Shown piece by piece: positions 8,277-15,314 of a DNA stretch of 20,111 nucleotides. The position numbers and the translations under genes are program-made. The first letter of the stretch is position 1. Each line of letters begins with the position of its first letter. This stretch comes from a virus (Duplodnaviria > Heunggongvirae > Uroviricota > Caudoviricetes), in the IMG/VR virus record IMGVR_UViG_3300037384_000074, positions 1 to 20,111 of that record. The stretch is one strand, 5' to 3'. The notes under the pieces are model-generated. The model was given only the letters and a program-made list of their open reading frames with translations. It made no database searches and was not told where the DNA came from.

Positions 8277-8404
8277 AATATACGACCTGCCACGCCTCTG
8301 ACGCAAGCGCACCAGGTGGGTCCCTTATAAGTGAAATGACACGGCTAGCCCCTCTGCACTAAGGTGTACGGGCAAGTCTTCTATTTAAATATGAAAGACT
8401 AACA

Positions 8405-9289
8405 TTGCTAAACTTTTGCGCTATCTGCCCAACCCCTCATCTCGATCTGGTGAAGGGTCGGAAGGCCAATCTAACATTGGCACATCTGGTCGATACTGAC
8501 CCTGAATACCGTGAATGGTATAAGAACAATCCCACTGAAATCCACATCATGGATAATTCTGCATTTGAGTTGAATCAGCAGGGATTGCCGTTATTTGATG
8601 GCAATCGTCTTGACGATCTAGCTTTGTCGGTGGGTGCAAACTACGTTGTAATGACAGATGCTCCTGGCCAGTCATCTGATGTTACAGAAAACTTTGCTCG
8701 ATTTCAAGGTAAGAGACTCAAGAGTAAGGGACTAGGTACCTTCTTTGTGCCTCAGAGTTACCGCGGCAAGATCGGCGACTTGATCAATTCATTCATCTGG
8801 GGACTAACTAATCCCGACATCGACTATGTTGCTCTAAGCATCCTATCTGCTCCAAATGCATTCACTCGTTCAGACATTTCAGATAATGCTAAAATGATGA
8901 CAAGGTATCTTTCTCGATATCATTTCATGCGATTGCTTGAAAAGGAAATCAAGGAAGAGTTTGGAATTAGTGCGAGATCTCTGAAAGAAAAGCATAACAA
9001 GAAGATCCATTTTCTTGGGATGACCGAAGGTCCCAACGAAATTGAACTAATGTCACACGTTGACATCCCAATTGACACATGGGATAGTAGTGCTCCGATG
9101 TGGTATGGTCTTCGTGGTCGTAAACGATTTGACCCTAATTCGGTTACTGGTTTGCCAGACGGCAAGTATACTGAACATGTCGATTTTAACTATAGAACAA
9201 ATATCGAGGAGGCTAGAAATATAGCTCTCGACAACCTCGAATATATTGACAACTTAGTACAGGACTATAATGACAGAGTCAACCCTTGA
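8405..9289 (+). CDS. dpdA: TGT/DpdA-like TIM-barrel deazaguanine transferase (subfamily uncertain, DpdA3-like suspected)
   Basis: IMDNSAFE (TGT DSGGFQ-like), KIHFLG, DTWDSSAP (archaeal TGT DxFDS-like); located within the folE/queD/queE cluster. Confidence 0.72.
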   Translation: MLNFCAICPTPHLDLVKGRKANLTLAHLVDTDPEYREWYKNNPTEIHIMDNSAFELNQQGLPLFDGNRLDDLALSVGANYVVMTDAPGQSSDVTENFARFQGKRLKSKGLGTFFVPQSYRGKIGDLINSFIWGLTNPDIDYVALSILSAPNAFTRSDISDNAKMMTRYLSRYHFMRLLEKEIKEEFGISARSLKEKHNKKIHFLGMTEGPNEIELMSHVDIPIDTWDSSAPMWYGLRGRKRFDPNSVTGLPDGKYTEHVDFNYRTNIEEARNIALDNLEYIDNLVQDYNDRVNP

Positions 9290-10145
9290 TAAGGGTCTCG
9301 ATTGAGACCCAATCGGAATCTGTTAACCTCACTGAGCATGGAAATTCAGGTACCATTTTTCCAGTTCTTCGAAATATTTTCTGACGTATAGCTCCAGGAC
9401 TTACCTTTAGGTGTTTAGCCAAATCTGGAAACACTTTGAAAGATATAATACTTCTACTAGAAGTATTATATAGAATCAGGTTGTGATTAGAATTTTCACG
9501 TTTGAAAGTTCTCGACCATTCACTGAATAATTTACGTGATTCGAGAGTTTTCTTGTGGTCACTATTAATAGGATGAGGCTTTCCTAGCCGAGATAGACGA
9601 ATATTCTCTCGTCGTTCAGCAGAACAGGGTCCCCTAGGCTTTCGTAGTTTTGATTTTGATTCTTCCGATCGAAGTCTGCTAGTGTTTGGTTTGAAACCGT
9701 TCTCGATAAGAAAGCAAATTCGATCCAAATCATTAACATTACAATTTGTTAGTTTGTCGGAAACTTCATTATAGAATTTTATTCTCTTTTGACCCCTTGT
9801 GGGATGATTGATTGTGAAGTTTTCGCGATACATGCGTCTTGCAATATCATATGTTGTTGCATTACTATATCTCAACATTCCTGTTGAGGAACAATTCATC
9901 ATTGCTAAAGCTTTTACCATTTGGAAATATTCTCTAGTATTAGGAATTAGCATTTTAACTAGTAAACGATGGGCGATGTAATGTTCTTTTGCTGTAAACT
10001 TAACTAAGTTCGATAAATCGTTAGATCCACCCATCGATTTAGGAATAATATGATGTCGCTCATGGTAACGGCTTTCAGTGGTTTTAATTGATCTAGACGT
10101 ACAGAGATCAAAATAGAATTTAGTGTATTTGTTAGCTAAAAACAT
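9279..10145 (-). mobile_element. Free-standing HNH homing endonuclease with NUMOD3-like repeats (Mob-like)
   Basis: ERHHIIPKSMGGSNDLSNLVKFTAKEHYIAHRLL HNH motif; RSEESKSKL and SAERRENI NUMOD3-like segments; antisense to its neighbours and AT-rich. Confidence 0.88.
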
Positions 10146-10152
10146 ATAAATA
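10145..10152 (+). promoter_or_regulatory. T4 late promoter TATAAATA for the DUF3310 gene
   Basis: Exact consensus, followed by the AAGGAG RBS and the TTG start at 10172. Confidence 0.65.
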
Positions 10153-10171
10153 TACCTAAGGAGTTATTTGG

Positions 10172-10450
10172 TTGAATATTTATAAATTTAAAGAGGACGA
10201 AGTACTTAGAGAGGTAGCAGAATATCTTGAAAAGACTTATAAATCTCATTACGTAGACAATAATAATCGTCAATTGATGGAAGATATTGTTGATGAAGGC
10301 GATGCTATTCCATTTTGTAGATGGAATAGCATCAAGTACCTTAGGCGATATGGTAAAAAGAATGGATTCAATAGGGATGACCTTTTGAAATCCTTACACT
10401 ATTGTATTATTATGCTTGGTGTAACAAAAGATAATAAACCTCACAATTAA
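10172..10450 (+). CDS. DUF3310-family protein (T7 gp1.7-like putative dNMP kinase)
   Basis: YKFKE...HY...FCRWNSIKYLRRYGKKNG...DLLKSLHY matches the DUF3310 GNxxKYxxRxxxK...DLxKAxxY pattern; AAGGAG RBS. Confidence 0.75.
   Translation: MNIYKFKEDEVLREVAEYLEKTYKSHYVDNNNRQLMEDIVDEGDAIPFCRWNSIKYLRRYGKKNGFNRDDLLKSLHYCIIMLGVTKDNKPHN
10177..10184 (-). promoter_or_regulatory. T4 late promoter TATAAATA for the minus-strand HNH gene
   Basis: Plus strand reads TATTTATA inside DUF3310 codons 2-5; about 32 nt upstream of the HNH ATG at 10145. Confidence 0.65.
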
Positions 10451-10462
10451 GGCCTACAATTA

Positions 10463-10546
10463 ATGACAATGGTCAACATTGCATCTGACCAGTCTGGGTC
10501 AGTGCTTTCAAAATTCAAGTTTGAGGATGTACAGCCAAATGCATAA
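10463..10546 (+). pseudogene. Orphaned original 5' end of the dUTPase gene (MTMVNIASDQSGSVLSKFKFEDVQPNA*)
   Basis: 27-codon ORF ending in QPNA, the motif that precedes IDLRL in the downstream dUTPase; CAGCCAAATGC is duplicated at 10532-10542 and 11253-11263. Confidence 0.8.
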
Positions 10547-10569
10547 ATATCTCGAAGGAGAATTTATGT
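10541..10569 (+). promoter_or_regulatory. RBS-sequestering hairpin with an embedded late promoter (CATAAATA 10542-10549)
   Basis: GCATAAAT(A)TCTC-GAAG-GAGA-ATTTATGT forms a 12-bp stem with one bulge that covers the GGAG RBS and the start of the GTG codon. Confidence 0.75.
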
Positions 10570-11209
10570 GGCAAATTATCGAAAAATCTGGGAAGAAGCT
10601 AATGGGCCCATTCCGGTAGACGACAGTGGACGAAGTTTCGAGATCCATCATATAGATGGTGATAGAGAGAACAACGCAATAGATAATCTTCAATGCGTTA
10701 GTGTGTTCGACCACTTCTTTATTCATCATGAAAAGGGCGATGTTGCTGCTTGTCTTTTGATGATATATCGTCTTGAAATGGAAGATGACCCACTTTTCAA
10801 AATTTTGAAATCGGAGATATCGAGAGAGTCAAATCGTAGACGACTGGCTAATGGAACGCATAATTTTCTGAAACCTGAACATCATCACAAAGTTAAGGTC
10901 ACCCAGAAAAGATTGTATAGTGAAGGTAAACACCATTTTTGTAATGGGCAGACTGAAAGGGGTCAGAAGTCGGCTCAGTCACGTTTCAAAATGTGGAAGT
11001 CTGGAACAGATGATGAATTCTTTAGCCTCCTAGGAGGATATAAGTTATATCGTACATTTAGACTCAAAAATGGAAAAATGCATCAAGCCCCGAGTAGTAT
11101 AGTGATGCAGGCAATTAATTACCGGTTTGATGGCGAAGAAAGTAAAGTTGTCGCTGCGATTCAACGAATATACGGAACAGATGATTACACATATTCTATC
11201 GGAAAATAG
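10568..11209 (+). mobile_element. Free-standing HNH homing endonuclease, I-TevIII-like
   Basis: N-terminus NYRKIWEEANGPIPVDDSGRSFEIHHIDGDRENNAIDNL closely resembles I-TevIII as recalled; has NGTHNFL and EGKHHFC repeats; GTG start after a GAAGGAG RBS. Confidence 0.88.
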
Positions 11210-11699
11210 TACCAGTAAGATCCTCAAAGAGGAAATCAATCCTAAAGATTGCCAGCCAAATGCTATTGATCTGAGACTTGACCAGGTCTTTAGAGTTGAA
11301 CCTACGATGTTTGCTTTGACCGAGGACAACAAGGTTAATCGTGAACGAGTATTGATTGAGCCAAACGTGCTCGAGATCTATCATCTCCCGAAGGGTGTTT
11401 ACGAAATCACTTTCGATTCGGAAGTGGATATTGGTAGTGACGAAGCGGGACTGATTGTTCCGCGCAGCACACTTAACAGGAACGGCGTTTTCATCACTTC
11501 TGGTCTTTGGGATTCAGGGTATAATGGCGTTCTTGGTGCAGCATTGCACAATTATGGCGGCCCAATGCTTGTGAAGCGTGGAACTCGCCTAGCTCAGCTC
11601 GTCATTTGGAAGGCTGAATCACTATTCGATTACAAGGGACAGTATGGTCGCAATGAAGACGGAACTGCTAAAGAAGAAGAGAAGAGATATCATGTATAA
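11181..11699 (+). CDS. dut: Trimeric dUTPase / dCTP-deaminase-family protein
   Basis: QPNAIDLRL, PRSTLNRNG, WDSGYNG, GTRLAQL, YKGQYG. Start placed at ATG 11181 (MITHIL). The deaminase Glu appears absent (VLGAALHN), which favours dUTPase activity. Confidence 0.8.
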   Translation: MITHILSENSTSKILKEEINPKDCQPNAIDLRLDQVFRVEPTMFALTEDNKVNRERVLIEPNVLEIYHLPKGVYEITFDSEVDIGSDEAGLIVPRSTLNRNGVFITSGLWDSGYNGVLGAALHNYGGPMLVKRGTRLAQLVIWKAESLFDYKGQYGRNEDGTAKEEEKRYHV

Positions 11700-12297
11700 T
11701 TTTGAAATGCCACGGCTCAATGGTTGGGCCAATGAGATCTACTCAAATAACGTCAACGCGGGTTGGTGGAAGAAGGATATCGATGGCCTTGTCATCCCAC
11801 GTAATGTTGGTGAGCTTTTAGCTCTTGTTCACTCGGAAGTATCTGAAGCTCATTTTGGCCTAACAGGGCCAGGTGTAGTGTACGATGATCATCTTACTCA
11901 TCGTGAGATGTACGAAGTTGAAATGGCAGATGCAGTAATTCGCATTCTTGATATTACCGGCCATTACCGGATTGACGTCGACGCAGTCATCTCGGAATAT
12001 GAGACTCATTACGACGGTCGTTGGGTCATGTCGTCACTTACTGAGCAGATCGCTTACATCCACACTGAGATCTCTAATGCTCTTGAAGGAGCTCGTAAGA
12101 ATGCTCCAAGTAAGATCATTCCTTCTCGTACTGCTTTTGAAGTTTCACTTGCCGCAACTCTAGTACGTATCATCCACACTTGTGATGATCAGAATCTTGA
12201 CCTTATGGGGGCTCTTCAGGAGAAGTTCAACTATAACAAGAGTCGAGCTGATCACAAGTTGGAAAATCGTGCTGCCGCAGGTGGCAAGCAGTTTTGA
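11692..12297 (+). CDS. MazG-like nucleotide pyrophosphohydrolase with an internal tandem duplication
   Basis: Repeat 1: LALVHSEVSEA...EVEMADAVIRILD. Repeat 2: IAYIHTEISNA...EVSLAATLVRIIH. C-terminal EKFNYNKSR. Start at ATG 11692. Confidence 0.8.
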   Translation: MYNFEMPRLNGWANEIYSNNVNAGWWKKDIDGLVIPRNVGELLALVHSEVSEAHFGLTGPGVVYDDHLTHREMYEVEMADAVIRILDITGHYRIDVDAVISEYETHYDGRWVMSSLTEQIAYIHTEISNALEGARKNAPSKIIPSRTAFEVSLAATLVRIIHTCDDQNLDLMGALQEKFNYNKSRADHKLENRAAAGGKQF

Positions 12298-12306
12298 GGT
12301 AAGCCA

Positions 12307-13167
12307 ATGTCAGAACTTAACAAAGGCAAGCTCAAATTTGATGTAGATATCCCACGTCTACAGCAGACTGGCATTTTCGTAATGACACCAATGTATGGTG
12401 GACTCAATTACGGAGGATACTCCAAGAGTCTTATGTCTCTTGCAGTGATGTGTAACCAGTTTGGTATCCCTTTTCACGTATATTTCATGTATAATGAAAG
12501 CCTAATTCCACGGGCTCGTAATATGTGTTCGGATGCATTCATCCGTTCTGAGCAGAATATCGGCGTCTTTATTGACGCCGATATTGAATTTACTCCTCAG
12601 GATGTGTTAATCATGTCCGACATTATGCTCAAGAATGGTTATGACGTATTTTGCGGTGCATATCCTAAGAAGAATATCTCTTGGGAGAAGATCGTAGATG
12701 CAGTCAATGCGGGTGCTGGTGATGATAACCCTGAAAACCTTGAGAATTTCGTCGGCGATTATGTAGTCAATTGGTTACATGAAGGTAAAGTAGACCTATT
12801 AAAGCCTGTGGAAATTGCTGAAGGCGGCACTGGATTCATGTTCTTCCATAAGGATACGCTGATCAAGTATCGTGACGCATTTCCAGATCAGTCATATATC
12901 CCAGATCATCCTAGAACAAAGGATTTCGATGGCAGTCGAGAGATCCACGCATTTTTCGATTGTATTATCGACCCAGATACCAGACGATATCTATCAGAAG
13001 ATTATTTCTTTTGTAGAAGAGTCCGTCAGGCTGGCATGAAGGTATGGCTCGCACCTTGGGTATCACTTAAGCATACTGGCACATATACTTTTGGCGGCTC
13101 ATTGATTGCACTGTCCACCATTAATGCTAATGCAACTGCCGATCCAAAAAGGTTGAAGAAGAAGTGA
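12307..13167 (+). CDS. GT-A fold (GT2-like) glycosyltransferase
   Basis: TPMYGG, ESLIPRARN, FIDADI (DxD), GTGFM, YLSEDYFFC, HTG motifs. Confidence 0.8.
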   Translation: MSELNKGKLKFDVDIPRLQQTGIFVMTPMYGGLNYGGYSKSLMSLAVMCNQFGIPFHVYFMYNESLIPRARNMCSDAFIRSEQNIGVFIDADIEFTPQDVLIMSDIMLKNGYDVFCGAYPKKNISWEKIVDAVNAGAGDDNPENLENFVGDYVVNWLHEGKVDLLKPVEIAEGGTGFMFFHKDTLIKYRDAFPDQSYIPDHPRTKDFDGSREIHAFFDCIIDPDTRRYLSEDYFFCRRVRQAGMKVWLAPWVSLKHTGTYTFGGSLIALSTINANATADPKRLKKK

Positions 13168-13835
13168 AGCTGTCAAAATCAACAATTGAAGTGATCAATT
13201 GTATCAACCGTATTAATCCCGGAGCCGTGTTCAAGCGCGGCTCCGTTATCAAGGCTAAGCGACACAAAAGTAAAGCTCCGATCATCCGAGCTGATATTGA
13301 AGATGTATTTCCAAGAGATTTCGCAATCTTTGATCTCAAGAAATTTCTACTAATGTTCTCCTTGTTTAAGGATCCTGAGCTTGAATTTGGCGACGAATAC
13401 GTCACGTTTCGAGATGAAACGAGTGGTAAGAGCGCAAATATCAAGTACGCAGTTCCAGCAGTAATCGATCATTTTGACTATAGTATTGACGTTAAGATGC
13501 CATCAATCGACGCCGAACTGTCAATTTCCGAAGAAAATTTCAAGAGCATACAGAGCGCCTGTAGTGCATTCACTGCTCCTGAATTTGCTTTCATTGGTAA
13601 TGGTAAGAAAATCGTTCTGACAACGTATAACACTCAAAATAAGGGTGGGGATACGTTTGCAATTGACATTGGTAAGACTGATAAGAAGTTCACTATTATT
13701 CTATCCGCGGAATATCTAACTCAGTTTCTCGTTCGAGAATATGATGTTCTGATTTCGTTTAAGGGTATTTTACAATTCAATTCGAAGAACGTGACGTATT
13801 GGATTACGGCGTCCGAAAAAAGTAGGGTTAACTGA
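13164..13835 (+). CDS. gp45: DNA polymerase sliding clamp
   Basis: MKLSKSTIEVI..INP, EDVFPRDFAIFDLKKFL, DPELEF; precedes the clamp loader. Confidence 0.92.
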   Translation: MKLSKSTIEVINCINRINPGAVFKRGSVIKAKRHKSKAPIIRADIEDVFPRDFAIFDLKKFLLMFSLFKDPELEFGDEYVTFRDETSGKSANIKYAVPAVIDHFDYSIDVKMPSIDAELSISEENFKSIQSACSAFTAPEFAFIGNGKKIVLTTYNTQNKGGDTFAIDIGKTDKKFTIILSAEYLTQFLVREYDVLISFKGILQFNSKNVTYWITASEKSRVN

Positions 13836-14788
13836 TGTTTACACATAGAATGTGGGCAGAGAAATATCGCCCATCAACATTAAGCGAATGTTTCATTCCT
13901 GAAACAACTCGTACCGATCTTGAAGAGATCGTGAAGAATGACCAGCTACCATCAATGCTCTTTTCAGGCAGTCCTGGTATTGGTAAGACGACTGTAGCTA
14001 TTGCAATAGCTAATGATCTTGGGTACGATTTCATTAAGATCAACGGGTCAATGGATGGAAACATTGACATGCTACGAACTGACATTCTACAGTTCGCCTC
14101 AACAGTCTCATTCAACTCCAAGCCAAAGGTCGTTATTCTTGATGAGGCAGACAATCTCTCTGCTGCGATGCAGAAGGCTCTGCGTGGATTCATTGACGAA
14201 TTTTCAGCTAATTGCTCATTCATCCTAACAGCAAACTATCTCAACCGTCTAATTGAGCCTCTTCGCTCACGACTCGACCAAGAGATCACCTTTTCCTTTA
14301 GCTCTGAAGAGAAGGGGCAGCTTGCGAAGAATCTATATGTTCGGATGACAGAGATTTTCGAAGCTGAGAATGTTGAGTCTGACCCAAAGGCTCTTAAGCA
14401 GTTTATCGTTGAAAATCTCAGTAAAACGACTGATATTCGGGTTATTATCACGAAAGCTCAGAGTATTGTTCGTAAATCTCGAGGCAAATTCGACCTCAAG
14501 TCTCTAGATAACGATCTGGAGGAACGCTTTGTAGAGATGCAACAGGCTCTGCGCCGGCGAAGCTTCGAAGAAGTTCGAAAGTGGGTCGGTGAGAATAGCG
14601 ACATCGATCCTACAGACATCTTCCGACATATCTATGATCATTGTAAGGACATTGTGCCACCAAAGGCGATTCCGCAACTGATTCTAGTTGTCAACGAGTA
14701 CCAGTACAAGCACGCTTTCGTAGCTGATGCTGAAATGAATGTTGTAGCTTTAATGGTTGAAATTATGGCTGATTGTATTCCAAAATGA
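13835..14788 (+). CDS. gp44: Clamp loader large (AAA+) subunit
   Basis: WAEKYRP, GSPGIGKTT Walker A, ILDEAD Walker B, PLRSR, YQYKHAFVADAEMN. Confidence 0.95.
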   Translation: MFTHRMWAEKYRPSTLSECFIPETTRTDLEEIVKNDQLPSMLFSGSPGIGKTTVAIAIANDLGYDFIKINGSMDGNIDMLRTDILQFASTVSFNSKPKVVILDEADNLSAAMQKALRGFIDEFSANCSFILTANYLNRLIEPLRSRLDQEITFSFSSEEKGQLAKNLYVRMTEIFEAENVESDPKALKQFIVENLSKTTDIRVIITKAQSIVRKSRGKFDLKSLDNDLEERFVEMQQALRRRSFEEVRKWVGENSDIDPTDIFRHIYDHCKDIVPPKAIPQLILVVNEYQYKHAFVADAEMNVVALMVEIMADCIPK

Positions 14789-14964
14789 TCTTTAAGTGTT
14801 TCTGCTGCGAGAAGTGGCGATTTCAAAGTAAAAAGGATCGAGGGGCATTGATCGTGCGTGCTAATGATGGCACGCGCGAATTGCCTTTATGCAGTGATTG
14901 TGCCGATGGTATTGACACAAGGTATCTGACTAACAAGAAATTGAGTGAAATGGATGGCGAGTGA
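14785..14964 (+). CDS. Small putative zinc-ribbon protein (59 aa)
   Basis: ATGA overlap with the gp44 stop; CFCC...CSDC cysteine pairs. Confidence 0.55.
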   Translation: MIFKCFCCEKWRFQSKKDRGALIVRANDGTRELPLCSDCADGIDTRYLTNKKLSEMDGE

Positions 14965-15313
14965 AATATTTCAGTTTGCAAACGCGATCAATAATGGTAA
15001 ACCTATTGAAGTGGATGATAGTTACAACACGTTCTTGACGGGTAGACTATTTTCAAATCATTTAGATACTGTGTTGATCGCTAATGAAGTGAATAAATTT
15101 CCTTCGATTGAGCCGGAACAGCATTATGAATTCCTGGCTAATATGGTGAGACCTCGTAAGAGGTTTGGTAAATGGCACAAGCCATTAAACCACAAGTCTG
15201 TAGGGATTATAAGTAGGTATTATGACGTGCCAATGCGTCTAGCCTATATGTATGTCCAGTTCTTCACAGAAGATGAAATCCGGACCATAGAGGAACAACT
15301 GTCCGGAGAGTAA
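14954..15313 (+). CDS. gp62: Clamp loader small subunit
   Basis: YN.F...R.FS...DTVLIANEVN, QHYEFL, RPRKRFGKW; lies between gp44 and regA. Start placed at ATG 14954. Confidence 0.88.
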   Translation: MASEIFQFANAINNGKPIEVDDSYNTFLTGRLFSNHLDTVLIANEVNKFPSIEPEQHYEFLANMVRPRKRFGKWHKPLNHKSVGIISRYYDVPMRLAYMYVQFFTEDEIRTIEEQLSGE

Positions 15314-15314
15314 T

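Noticed and set aside
8340-8365. Resemblance to a preQ1-I riboswitch (CTAGC..CCCTCT..ACTAAGG)
   Set aside because: The 5' AGAGG strand of P1 and the A-rich tail are missing.
8306-8416. HDV-like or twister ribozyme fit (GGGCAA...GCTAA, GGTCCC)
   Set aside because: I could not build P2 adjacent to P3, L3 is the wrong length and P1 has a mismatch.
10543-11263. Group I intron interrupting the dUTPase gene
   Set aside because: Only about 25 nt lie before the HNH ORF, and the DNA after it encodes a new N-terminus. There is no room for a P3-P9 core and no suitable terminal G, so the insertion is better explained as non-splicing.
11181-11699. dCTP deaminase call
   Set aside because: The catalytic Glu expected after the D.GY.G motif appears absent, so dUTPase is preferred; an assay would settle it.
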